A stretch of 64,000 bases of DNA, taken from NCBI GenBank assembly GCA_003344405.1, contig NOWV01000279.1, forward strand, positions 1 to 64,000. The letters run 5' to 3'. Positions 28,699 to 42,898 of the stretch are shown in pieces. Source of the DNA: Trichoplax sp. H2 (Eukaryota). Within the stretch, counting starts at the first letter, position 1. Each line of letters starts with the position of its first letter. Both the position numbers and the translations under genes were made by a program. The notes under the pieces were generated by a model. It saw only the letters and a program-made list of their open reading frames with translations. It was not told the origin of the DNA and did not search any database.

Positions 28699-31600
28699 AT
28701 GGATAAATCCAGTAAACGAACAGCATCTGGACTACGAGTTTATAAAATTGTCTTATTAGGAGAAGGTGGAGTAGGAAAATCAGGTAACGTCGATTTCCAT
28801 ACGAATTATAATTATCACCGAATCTCGTCATGTGGTGCATTAATTGAAGTATTTGCATTTTTTTTAACATTCTCTTCGTTTATAGTGATAATCTACTTTT
28901 AAAATCTTAATCTAATATAGTTATATACGAATCATCAGGTTATCGTTACTACATCGGCTATAACCAATTAAGGATTGACTTCTTTAGTTTGGCTCTTTAA
29001 CATGTTCATTTTTATAATTTTAGATACTTTATTGCAGTTTTGTAGAATACAACATTGATATTCATCTAATCGTCATTCTATTTTATATTCCGGCTATTTA
29101 ATTTAAAATTCTCAACTTATTAAGTCGAAACACAATTGCCATTGTCGATATGCTTCATTTCTACATTAAAAAGCCTCCGAGATCAACTTTTAAATGGAAC
29201 GAAAACCTATTAATTCTGCTGTAGAAAGGATTGATGAAGCAATTGCCATCATCTTCAAACTTTTGCTAGAGGCTTCTTCAAACCTGTTGCTCTTCTTATC
29301 GATTATTAATTATGAAGCACATAATCGATTTCATCCTCCATTCTACAGACCAAAGTAGCGGCAATGACCATTACAATCTAACATTTAAAATCTATGAGTT
29401 GAAATGGCAGTGCCACCGTAGTAATTGTATGGCAAAATGGGGCTGTACTAACTGTAAAACAACGTTACATTTAGATGCCCTTCCTATACTGTACACTTAC
29501 GTCGATAGTATCCTACAATGAAAACCGATTTAACACGTATTGTAGTGATATTGATCAAATAAATCATTCAAGATATAGATTATTCCATTAGAATTATTCA
29601 TCATCGTCATTATTTAATAAACTTATATGGCGGCTCAATAAATGCTTGTGTTAAGCAAACGGAGTAATTATTGATGAATGAACGTTAGGGACCGCATAAA
29701 AAAGGACCGAGAGCACGTCGTAAAATTTATTAATGAAAATAAAATTTCGTTTTCCTATAGCTTGTGAGTAAGCTATCACTTGTTAATCGAACTACTATCA
29801 TTTCATCTTGCTTCTTATTATTGCTAATATCTTAGTTTTTAATCGATCTAGAGCACTTTCATGCTACTTATTTTAGTATGATTTCTTCATACAACACGTA
29901 GTCAGGAATAGACGTGAAACAGCAGTATTTTTTGTTGCCATATCCTATTTTTGAGTCCATACAGGGAGTAATTAATTCAGTATTCATTTTCATCTATTAG
30001 TGACAGTTAGCACTTAGCAGTAATATCATCAATTTCCTCTGCTACTATGATTAAAATCGTTCTGATTCATGCTGTGTAGTCCATCACACCATATCTATCA
30101 GTATAACATATCTTTGCCGGGTATATATAAATATTTGATTACAAATTCTAGGGAAATGTAACTGTTTGATATTCGAAATCAGAATGTGTTTACTAACCCA
30201 AGTAATATACAAATATCCATGATCAAGATAGGGGTGTATTTTATCAATGTCAATTTGATCAACGTTCAAATTTTGAAATATTATAAACGAGCTTCTGGCC
30301 TTTTTATAAGATTCGACAACGACTTAGGTGTAGCTATCGTTCAGGTTACTACTGTTAAATTCGAAATTCTGTTTCTTGATAGCTATGTCGAAGTCAGATG
30401 CACTTTTCATGTATCTTCTTAGTGGATTGATCAGCTGCACTGTTGATGTCAAAGTCCCATCGTAAATAATCCACGGTATTAGTAATCTATACTGTTATTT
30501 CCACGCTATATCATGCTAGTAACTCTACCGGAAAGAGCCTCTATTAAATAAAAGCCAGAAACGATCTCATATTTCACTTACTCTAGAATCATGCTTATTG
30601 CCGTCTATAATGAAATGAAACAGATCTACACTTTAAAAACGGTAACATGATTTATTATTATCTTTTTTTCTTTTAATATCAGTCTCTTTTCACAAATAGG
30701 TTGTATAGATGAATTAGAACGGAATATAATCATGTACCTTTTTTCAAGCTAAATCTAATTTTATACTTTAATATCTAAACATGCCAACGTATAGTTACCA
30801 TAATTTCCTATTAATAGCAATATCATTTCTAGCGAGAAGTTCTACTAATTAATTAGAATAATTGATAACTTCCTCTGATCATAATCTATGTCTTGCTTCT
30901 AGCTGTTACATTGCAATTTGTCAACCATAGTTTCGTCGAACACCATGATCCCACTATAGGTAAATGATATTGTGATAATTGACTACAGGCTCAAACGGTA
31001 AAGTTATCTAAGCCAGAGATTGGTCTAATAGTATGATTCTTTGTATTTAGAGAACTATCCGTCAACTAAAACGTAAATATTTTCTTCTGCTAATATTGAT
31101 CAATACTGTATGTCATAAATAGAGGACGCATACCAACAACAAGCTGTGATTGATGGTGAAGCTGGTTTACTTGATATCTTGGATACAGCTGGACAGGTTG
31201 ATTGTCAAATAATCTAATTCTGTAGGATAAAATTTCGTCATGGAGTGTTCATTTTAATAATTTAGCTCGATTGTATAGAAAAACTTTAACTGAGCTTGAT
31301 ATATCATTTCTATATTATTTTTCAATTTAGGAAGAATTTACATCTATGAGAGAGCAGTATATGCGTGGTGGCGAAGGTTTTATCTTGGTTTATTCTATCA
31401 CAGATAGAAGAAGCTTTGAAGAAATTTCCAATTATATCACTCATATCGAACGAGTAAGAAATTGTAACGATACACCAATTGTTATTGTGGGCAATAAGTC
31501 TGATTTAGAACATCAAAGAGTAGTTAGTACAACTGATGGCCAGACTTTAGCACGGCAGCATAATTGCTCATTTTGGGAAACATCAGCAGCCTTGCGCCAA

Positions 31601-31738
31601 TTTATTGACGAATCATTTCACGGCATCGTTAGAAAAATACGTGAAAAGGAAAAAATTACAGCAGCAAATGATAAAAGTAAGAAAAAAAGTAGTAAAGCCA
31701 ATGCTGTCAAACGGCTGTTTAGTAAGCATAAGAAATAA
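28699..31738 (+). CDS. RIT1: Ras-family small GTPase of the RIT/RIN/RIC subfamily, 4 coding exons
   Basis: Exons 28699-28783, 30903-30959, 31123-31196, 31331-31738. [11 protein letters not shown]-specific effector loop HDPTIEDAY, DTAGQEEF, NKSD, ETSAA, and a polybasic C-terminus with no CAAX (KRLFSKHKK). Probably co-orthologous to RIT1/RIT2. Confidence 0.93.
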
Positions 31739-34217
31739 GTCATCACCAACGAAACAATGCTTATAGCACGCTAAAGATGACGAGGATCTCATTTATGTCC
31801 ATATGTAATCGATTGAAATATTAGAAATACTAAAAAATAATTAGATATAAATCATTTTTAGTGTCTTTTTAACATCGAATCGCTTTGTTATTCCCTAATC
31901 CATGTTGTACAAAGTCAGAACACTTTTTTGCACTCGTGCTATGTAGTTTTAGACTAATCGTATTTAATATATTACTCTCTTTTAAACAGTGATTTTGGCT
32001 ACCAAAGAATAGCTAGTTTAGAAGAGTTGTAAATTAAATTTATGCGAGAATGATAATCATAATTATGTTCCTTGTTTATTGAAAATTCTCCAAGCTACCA
32101 TCAAGCACTTATGATGTGTCAACATCATAATATATTGTCGCTAATGCTAGGCGATTATATTTAATATTTTTTATTTTGCTTCAAAGGGCTAGTAATCAAT
32201 CTTTACATCGTGATGAATATTGCTAGAGAAATTTCCTATCTATTGTTTGATGATTATTGCTTGTTTATAGTACATCAGGGTATCTAACAGCATGTAGCTC
32301 GAATAAATTGCAGATGTAGACTAGTATTTTTACCATTTTTTTACTAGTATTAGCACGTAGAATTTTTGTAATATGGTTTTTTATTAATGGTATCAGCACA
32401 CTTAAATTTTTAACTTTATTGAATTTAAACTCAGCTCAGGATATTGATGGTAAAATAGTAGTTAGCACAATGGTATTGTGATAATGGAAGGATTCATGAA
32501 TAATATATAGTAAATAGCGGTGATGCTGATTATCGTCCATCACCTTGTAGTTAAATTTTATTAGTAGAAGCTTGAATTGATCTTTCATCATGCTTTAACT
32601 TCAATTTAAATTAATGATCATCTCGCTTTGTAGCTATTTGAATGGTCTCTTTAGCATTTTAATTAAAAATTTGCAAACAAACCAACTGATATGACCGATT
32701 AAACGTATTGCAGATAGCTCATAATATGATCCATACAGAATCTAAAATCTATAAAAAATCGATCCTTCATTGTTTATTACGATGCAGTCAAATTTTTAGA
32801 TGCTATAGGTGTACCTTCTACCCTTAAATTTAAAACAGTAATAAGAAGTACCATTTGACAACCTTCTTTGTCAATGTAAGATCGCCCTGCAGCGTAATGG
32901 ATATTTAAAATCTAGCAGGAGTAAGTTACAAAGGCTGATTACCATACAAACTTTCGCAATTAATTCAATTTCTTAAAACTCATGACTGTTAAAGCTAGCA
33001 CGAAAGTTTGTAAATGCTTACATCAGTATATTGACAAATCATGAGATTATTAATATACGAGTATTAACGGATTATACAGTACTGCAACGGCAACTGCAAC
33101 TACGTGATAAGATGAAACAATCTAATTAATTAGGTACCAGGAACGTCTGAATTATTCTCCTAGAAGTCCGTGTTAAGTGCTAGCAGGTTATACTATTCAA
33201 TAAAGACCGAAATCGATATTTGTAAGGGTTCATTCCATTATGCAGTAAGAATAACTGACGATGTACATATGAATGATTATAATTATAAGTATACTGTAAC
33301 CCACTAATAGCTCGTGTCTCGTAAAAAAATTAGATCGAATCATTAAGCATATCATACAGAAATTCCTTTAACGTCAATTTCTATATTAGCAAATTGCGTA
33401 ATAGCTAGCTCTAATCAAAAGAAAAAGTAGATCAGATCAGACTTGACTAATTAAAAAACTCGAATATTAATGACAGCATTTTCCAAGAAATCTTTAATAA
33501 TTATATACAAACCAGCAAAATCAAACTTTATTTGCTGTTGTAGTGTGGTAATATTGATATCAAACAAAGAAAGACATATGGAATTGAAATATATTTTTAA
33601 TAACATTAATCAGGGAATGCTGATAAATTATATCATATCCAAAAAAAAATTTCGATAATTAACGATCTTCATTAGTTCTTGTTGACCAAGAATGAGATTG
33701 AAATTTTTACAGAAGCAACGAAATATACACAAGAAATACAATCTTTACCACAGCAATACTTTAACACAAGTATTACACATTTTATACGGTTAAAGTATGA
33801 TATGATGGAGTAACAAAGGAAACATACAAGATGTTTATCAATCAAACTTTGGTTTTAATGATACGATAAATTTAATTACGCCTTATAACTCTTTCAGTAA
33901 ATGCATACAATATACAGCTTGGTAGTATTTAAGTCACAAAGGCATGATAATAAATTTTCAGCAGTTGCGACACGAGCATGATATTCTAGAAAAGCATACG
34001 AACACTAATTTTGATTTCCATTGTACGCTATCTAAAGATAGAAATTTAGCATACCAGTATCATTCTTATCCTGTTATATATATTTAAACTAAGTCTGGAA
34101 ATTTTGTCTGTACATTAATCATATTCGGAAGTTATAATTCACAATTCCTACGAGCAAAGATTCATAATTCTTGTTGGATACATCACTGTACAGAATAAGT
34201 TATCATCAATAAGCCGG

Positions 34218-37200
34218 TTATGACGATACATCTTCTCTTCTTTTCTTTGCTTCCCGAATTTTAGACTACAGTTAAAACCGATAGTATTACTAATAAAGCA
34301 AGTGCATAGATATAATACACACTTAACAAACCTTCGGCGATTCCTTTACAAAGAGGACCTCATCATCATCGTCATCTCCATGTTTTCTCTTTCCAGATCC
34401 AGTGTCACCATCATCAAAGTTAAAATCGCCATTAACAATACTTCGTAAAGTATCAAAATTACTAAATATAGCTTCGCTACTTAGAGCTCTCAAAGCTGGT
34501 CGCAGTTTCCGCTCGTGTGAGGCAACACATTTACTGTTGTGACTACAGATATTATTTAAATATCGTAAAACTAATTCTTTACTGGATGGCAATATATTTC
34601 GTGAAATCGATTTTCTGGAAATGTTAAAAATTAGTTAATAGGAAGTTAAGCGAATTTGAAACCGTAATTACATCACTATTACTTTTCTTGTAAATTATTT
34701 AATATTTCGATAAAGCTATTTATCATTTCAGAGGGGAAATGCTTCGACCAATGGCTGAAGATACACATCAGAAATGAATTATCTCGCTTCGCTGTTGAGA
34801 TTAGTTGATCAATCAACGATGTACTTGGTCTATAATCCGGCAAAATTTAGTAATTAATTTCTCAGTAAATAATTATTGTTAATAGGGACGAGAACTAAAA
34901 TGATCAGGTACCGTATAGTCTTCATGGCAGTCACGAAACCTGTAGAAGCTTCTGGGTGATCTAAGTCCAGTGAAATCTTTAGTTAAAAGCAAGCTCTATC
35001 TTTCAGTAACACTGTCTAAATAGATACCTTCTGCTGATAGCTTCGCTAACACTGGAAAGAACACATCCGATTTTGGATCCTCTGAGTGGACAAGTTGCCA
35101 TAGTGTACTTTGCTCATAATAATCCCAATTTAAAGAATCCACTACAATAGCAAGAATTATTAATGGACAAAACCAACAAAGAGCATGGTAACATTTACTG
35201 TAATACCTAATAACTGCGGCATATTTTCGTTTCCTAGTAATTCGTACTCATTTAGTGCAATCTGCCGCGAAATTTCGAATAACTACAAAAATAATTAGAA
35301 TAACGAAAATTTTTGGATTACGATTCTATAGATATTACATAGGCCTGATAATTCAATAGAATAACACCCATCTAACCTGTATAGGGTCTACATACGATGC
35401 AACAGTCTTTATTACTTCCAATTGCCCATTAAGCGTATCCTTAAACTATTGCAACAATCATACTAATGTTGGATATTATCTTAACGTAATATCTACTCAT
35501 CGATGCTTCAAATGTTATGACAAACGTACTTGGGATAGGACACTAGGTAGGATGTAGCTAAAGACGCTGCGATCGTCTTCACCGCAAATCTAGAACGCGA
35601 CATTAGATAGTGATAAAATTATGAATTTCTTGAGTAAACATACAGTTAAATAAATGTCTGTTTACATACTCACCTTCAAGTCATACGATAAGCACTCATT
35701 TAACTTAATTTTCTCATCGAATCGCATTAAATCTTCAACGTAGTCTTTGTACATAGTTACGGAATTGTAACTAACAACAGAACGTATTAGTGCTATCAAT
35801 AACAAAAATTGAAACCTAAATAAGCATGTGGTACTTACTTAACTTTTATATAAAATAGGACCATATATCCTAGCCTTCTTTCACCGGCTTCCTTAACATA
35901 GTACAACAACTTTGAAAGAATATTCTTTTCAGTCGAATTTACGTCCAAAACGTTCCTGAAAAGTAAGTGTTATATATTCAAAGTTAATAACTGTAACGAT
36001 ACTAATTTTATTTCCAATTTTTAAAGATAAGCTTTGGTACCGTATCATTGCAAAATGAGGAGTATAAAGAGACTTTGTAACCGATCTGTCAAAACATTAT
36101 ATATAATGATTGAAATTAAATGAAAATACATCAGAAGCAACATATCGTAAACAAATCTAAATAGAGGTAGTATTAATCAATACACATACTCATCAGATTT
36201 ATCTTCGTCTAAAAGGTGACTACCGGGTCTATAATCAAGTATCAATGACTGCGCCAAATACATAGCTATTTTCTTTAAAGTCTCATTTGGTAAATGCTAC
36301 ATTCAAGAAATAAAATACGCAAGATATAGATACAATATTTAAACATGTCTCATTCGTGAACTAATAATTGGTTTTTAAGTGGTATAACTGCTATAATGTT
36401 TGATGGTAAATAACAATTTACATTATAATTAACAATCACCTGTTCAATTAATAATTGGAAAAGGGTGTCGATGATTTCACATTTTCCGGCCTTATCTCTG
36501 TTAGATTTAATAGAATACCCTCAGCGTTGACGCAAAGTACATAGATATCTAGTTTCAGTTTCTTAGCAGGTTACCTTCCTATCTGATTAAGCTCCACTAA
36601 TGACTGCAATATTTTGTCAGAAAGGCTTAACTCCTTCAATGCAAGAAAACTGCGATCATTTTCAATGCTATCCGTGTTTGTATTTTCACTATCAGCTAAA
36701 GGACTTTCTGGCATAGGTGATTCTGCTATGGGCTTAAATGTATATTTGCTACTTGGATAGTCTTGCTTTGAATCAGTATCCTAAAATTATATGTTGTCTT
36801 TAATGGTATTCAAAACCAAGAAATAATTATTTAGTAATTTGATAATCTTACATTTGGTTCATCGTCTGAATCTGAAAAACGAGCCGTATCTTCTTCGTCA
36901 TCTCCATATCCTTTGTTGCTGTCCGATAAATTCGTAGTAGTTGTTGATTTTTCTAGAGAAGACGCAGAACTATCACCAGTAGCATCTACTGGAGGTGATT
37001 CATTGCCTGATTTAACCGCAACACTTGCGGAATTAGTTACAGGTGGGGCTATAAGAGAACAAAATCAAGGAATCGTTAGCACAAACGGCGGAATGTAATC
37101 CTATCAATACTATACTAACTTGAAGCGCTTTCTGTATTGAAAAATTCAGGGAAATTATATTGTAACATCTCTTTTAATTCTTTATCAAGCTTCTGATGAT

Positions 37201-40200
37201 CAAACAATGGAGAAAGAGAGCTAAATTTAAAACGGAAGATTTTTTTAATTCAATGTTGTTGTCGTTAGCTGTGCAGCGGTCCTGGTGTTCACATATATCA
37301 CTCATTACAGAACTAATTACTAATAGAAAAATAACGAAAAATTCTTAGTAATATCAACAATTTCATGAAATCAATTTTACTTTAAAACACGTTTCTCAAC
37401 CACAAAGTGAAGCGCCTTTCGAACTGCATTTCGTATTTGAGTCTCCATTGGCTTATAAAAGCTGGTTATAATCTATCAGAAGGATAGACACTTAAAAAAA
37501 AATATTTTTGTTGTAATATTTAAAGAGAAACAGCTAATTAATCAACATACCCTACACAGGAAATCGAGTAAGGTAGCGGATATTGTGATATGAGATCTCG
37601 TAGAATGAAGCATAATCAAAATGCCTGGTTCTGCATACAAATAAGTTTCAGTTAGTCATCAGCATAGATACGGCATTTGTTATTATAGCAAATAACCTAT
37701 ATTCATAATATTTTCCTGTCCAGGTTGATAACATAGCCAATCAAAGAATAACGTTAATTTTGCGTTAGCGGATGTTGCATTATTCTATTTGCAAAAAAAT
37801 TAAACGCATTTTATTTTACTACGTATATAAAGCAAGATAAAGTTACATATAATAATGTAGATGGAAGTCTAGTGGTAGCAGTTTTTACTCGCAATCGTTG
37901 ATTGGTAAATTAAATTTTTAAAGCGGTACCTGACAACATTGTAGCAACCACCCAATCACAGCCCATCTTGGAATGATATCTGATCCCAAGATCTCGTTGG
38001 TAGGATGAATAACTCCACAAATAAAGCGGATTATATCGCATAAAAGGGCATGACTTTCCGGATTGGCTAAATACTATTTTGCAGACGTAGGAAAAGAGTT
38101 GATAAAAATTTCGAAAACAAACACATATCCGCTGACTAAGAAATTATATTAAGTAAAAGTCAATCGATTTGCTTACTTTTTTCTGAAACCAATCCTGATA
38201 TTTCTTTTGATGGCCTAACTTTACCTAGATTTCCAACATTGAAAACAGTAACCAGAGAATTAGAATTTGTTGATATATCACTGACATTAGTACAATATGC
38301 ATTTTACGTGATAAATTTTTATGCATTAACGCTAACAAACTAGTTTAATTTGGGTTACCTTCGAAGTAAGAAAGACTAGTTTATTTTCCATATCTGGAGT
38401 TATACGACTGATTAAGAACTTGCGGGAAGTACGTAATTTTAGTAAGTGCGAGATACCTAATAAAATAGAACAAAATTATAGTACTAACTATACGCTTTAT
38501 AACTCGTCGTATACATGGAGGCTCTTTATAAAACGAACAATTACCAGTAAAATGAGGACTAAGTGATCGAGGATTATGTATAATGTCTTTCCAAAGAGTA
38601 TTAAAGACAGGAATTCTAACAAATCAGGTTAAAAAATGATTCATGATCGAAAAGAAACTATAAATATCACTATCCGGTTCAAATATAGTATATATATATA
38701 TCACATCTTACTGGGCAACTGCTTGCAATAACCGTATGAGGTCGCGACCAATTTGAATGCAATCGGTAAACTATATTTGATAAATTGGAAAAATAAGGAA
38801 ACTTTGTAAAAATTCATAATAACAATGGTATTGAAGAGAATGTAGAATTACTTTTTCTCTTAGTGTAGAACAGCAAAAGTCGATTTCTCGTTGCATTAAA
38901 TGGTGCAATGGTGGCACAGAATGATCAAGTATCAGACGAAGGAACACGTATACTACGGCAGCCGTAAGAAAGTTGTAGCTAAATAGCCATGTCCTTGGAT
39001 TAAATAAATAGATATTAATTGTAAATGTTCAAATTCCATCTACCGTTTAACGCTAATCGTAGAGATATATGACTTTTACTTATGTTCTTGAAATATATTC
39101 AATAGAGCTTCGATGTAATCAATGTTGGTACGACCAACATCTCCTCCTACAGTAAAACGATATCATAAAATATTGCAAATTACGCGACAGCATGTACTGC
39201 ATGACAATGACAAAGTCGAGATATTCTTACCAATAATTTGTCTTAAGAGATAAAAGCACATCGCATCAGCTCCGGCTGCTGAAGATTTCACAAATTCAGT
39301 AAATAGCCATATAAGCTGTTTCAATGTAGAATAATATAGCATAAGGAGGGTGTAAGTCTGTGACATAATACTATTAGGAAAATTAACCTGATTCCGTGTA
39401 CGTAGCTGGAATTTAAAAAACTTTTCAACAATAAGTTGATTGAGTTTCGTAAACGCCAAGGTAAGACCATCTCGTGATAAAAGAGTTAAATCACGATACG
39501 CCTGAGTTTTAATTATAATTATTTGATAACATTTACGATTAGAATTTAATAATTTGACTTAGCGTACAATGTGCCTGTAGTTGCAAATAGGAATCTTAAA
39601 AGTGGATTTCAATTGACATTAACTTACCTTTTGCGCAGCATTTTCGTCCGTTAAAATAGTGTAAAGTAAGCCAATGGTAACATCTTCATACTCTTGTTGT
39701 CCCTTGCATACCTATGAAATGGCGATATGCTAATGAATGGTATTTTACTTTCTACTAGAGTAATTGCTTACTTATTGCATTTCTGACGTGCACTGATATA
39801 GCGATAGACAGTATATCTAGGTTAAGTTATATATATAACGAAAGACGATATTACTTCTGTTAACATTGAATTGAAAAGTAAACAACGTAGCGGTCTATAA
39901 TTAATTTATCAAGCTATCAATTAATTATTCGCATATATCTTACGTTCTGTTCCAGTAAAACATTACGGTAATCTAAGTTGAAAGTTCATATGATGTGACA
40001 CATGTACTAGATTATTAAACTATTAATTACGGTGTCAATAAACTATCATGACCCATTATTACTCTACATTAGTATAAAGCATACAAGGCTCTAAGTAGTT
40101 TAATATAAATCTTACATCTTAATTTAATTATTGTAAATTCTAGAGATCAATTTGATATCCTAATTTGTATTTAATTTAGAAATACAATTCGTATTTTACA

Positions 40201-41805
40201 TCTAATTTATTCCATACGAGTACTAATTAGTTCACATGTTATAATTCCTATGTAATGCAAAATTTTACAAATTACTAGACTGTTTATCATACATTAAAAT
40301 TATTAGTCTGCATGGCTTACCGTTGAGCTTAAACTATCATGAGCATCTCTTTCGGATAAATTATTAGTTAACGATGTCAAAAATTGATGGCTCTTTTCCC
40401 ATTTCTGAAATTATAAAGATGAAGACATTTAGCAACGCTACAATAGTAAAGATCTATCCATGGCTAGCAATAGGTCTATAACTACTTGATCCAGTTTATA
40501 AAAAATCATTGCAATATCATTAGTATTTTATATTTCAGGTCGATCATTATAGAGTAGCAACATTGTGCGCTTAAAGTCTATGTTAGGTATACACTCTTTC
40601 CTTTCTATGATTGAAATCATTTCGAAATTCTACATTTCAGGATCATTAATTACAGAGTCGAGAGATTGTAACCATTTTAGTCTATGTCATTTATCTTTTA
40701 ATTCTTTACTGCCAGCATTGATCTATTTACAAATAGTGTGTAATAACTTCAGTATTGTGCATTACAGGACAAACATTTACAGAGTCAAGACATTGTAACC
40801 TGTTAGATACAGTATGTTCTACTTCTAGACTGATGGGGAAATTTTGATTGCTTTGCATACGTTTCGATCATCGCTCTTTGTCACTGCGAATTTCAATAGC
40901 AACAAATGATGTTCGAGTTTGGCATTGCTGCTAGAACAAGGAGGAATTGAACTTTTGCACTGTAAAATTTGCGTTTTAGTTCATGCAGCATCACCGGCAT
41001 GACTTGGCCGTGACTGTTGATCTACAAATCGAACTCAATCAATGCCAATTGATTACACCTGTTACTGCTAGCACGCATTCCGATGAGGATATCTATGACA
41101 ACCTTGATCTGCAAAATGAGCCCAACTCATCAATCGATGAGTTGGGCTATTGTTTTGATAAGCAAGTTCTACCACTACAATATAGCGTGGTTGTTAAGCC
41201 ATATACAGTACGACTAATCAATCTATCATTTAATTATTGTCCATTTTTAAGTTACTGAGCATAAGGTTAAGATTACTGCCATTGCATACAAGAAAACTAG
41301 GATAAAACAGCTTACTATGGATTACAACCTACTGGTTATAGCACGCCATGTTAGGAGTGCAGCGCTAGTATGAAAGTCGTCTATTGTTGGTATGATGCTC
41401 TTGCGATACGAATGGATTGAATCCTCTATGCCATGCATACTATCCTAGATTATGATACCATGAGCGATGATACTTTACATGGATATTAATCACTGTATAG
41501 ATTGATGATTGAAGGCAGTGATAAATCAATTGGCTATCTAAACGACAACACTACAATATTCCCGTTGGACATGCACTACACGCTCAATGGGTAGTAGTCC
41601 AACGATCGCTTGTCGATGAACAACTTTGCAAATGAAATTCTACTACAGAGCAAGCATTTTCTTTGAATTGTGACGTATTTGAATAAAATTAAGAATTCTT
41701 TACTATTCATCATCTAACCTGGTCGAGTTCATCTCTTGCATCCAAGGCATTATTGATAAATAATTGGGATAACGGTCGAGTAGGAATCTCAGCAGCTGCA
41801 GCCAT
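34218..41805 (-). CDS. INTS3: Integrator complex subunit 3 (SOSS-A), roughly 30 exons
   Basis: Exon 1 at 41805-41719 ([29 protein letters not shown]). Later exons give [139 protein letters not shown]. The terminal exon (stop at 34218-34220) is less certain. Confidence 0.93.
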
Positions 41806-42457
41806 GTTGCTTTTTCCACTTGCGGGAGCTACAGTATACAGTACAACAGCGTCAACCGTGCTACAGTCCGCTATGCTCAATACGGTACTGTACACTGTAC
41901 ACTATGTCTACAATTGAATCCTATAGCGCAATCATGAAGTAGGACTGTATGTCGTGTATGGGCGACGATATAATCCTGGTTACTTATGGTTGAATTCCAG
42001 TCCGGGATTGATACAATGCCTCAAATTATTTACTACAGCACAGTATTGGATCGATACCATGGTTCGGGACACATAACTCATTACACTCTCTTTTACAGTC
42101 TTCTCCTGTCGACATACAGTGTATAGTACGGTAGAGGATGCACTGTAGGGTTCAGTACTGTACACTGTACACTGTGCCCCGAAGCCTTCCAAAAAGAAAA
42201 GAATTTATTGCACTGGACTGGAGTATTCCATACTTCTAATTCATTTCTTTATACAATTTAAATTCAGCCATTTTCCTATAACACATCCAGAAAATGCCGC
42301 TCAATCTATCTGCCAGTTCTGGACAAATATACTAGAACAAGTATAATGAAGTATACTGCCATTTCAGCAGCATTTTCAATAGGTCTAGTCTTGACTGTCA
42401 TGACTCATGAGACAGTCTACAGTAGGTACAACAAGGGGCAGAAAAATGACTGCGTCG

Positions 42458-42898
42458 TTACAGTACTTAGTACTGTGATACATTGTACTGTAGTACCGTA
42501 CCAAAGTGTGTAAAATTCATGTCGCTCAAAATTCCAACGCTAAGTTCCAAATTTTTGACATCTATTTAACACTGTACTAAGGTACTTGCTATGCCGCACT
42601 GTTTGTACTCTTGCACTCAAGATGAGGAATATGGAGTGTAATGGATAGGTTAGAATTTATGGAATCCAGGTTAGCAATCTGCTGATCCGAAATTGGACTG
42701 GTTAACCAACTGTACTATGATCCAGTGTACAGTATTACACCGTCAATGGTTACGGTGGACCGGAAGGCTCAACACTTCAATTGTACAGTACTTGCTATGG
42801 TACGTTGTACCGTGGTAACAACCGTAACATACGAAAGTGTGCAAAATATATGTCGCTGAAAATTGTGACGCTAAACCCCAATTTCTAGATATCGATTG
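42458..42898. repeat. Diverged ~110 bp direct repeat pair (about 42458-42567 and 42784-42898)
   Basis: TACAGTACTT..AAAGTGTGYAAAAT..ATGTCGCT.AAAATT....CGCTAA...CCAA.TTT...A.ATC.ATT is present in both copies. Confidence 0.65.

Noticed and set aside
40983..41258. 91-aa antisense ORF in INTS3 intron 1
   Set aside because: No domain similarity or partner exons.
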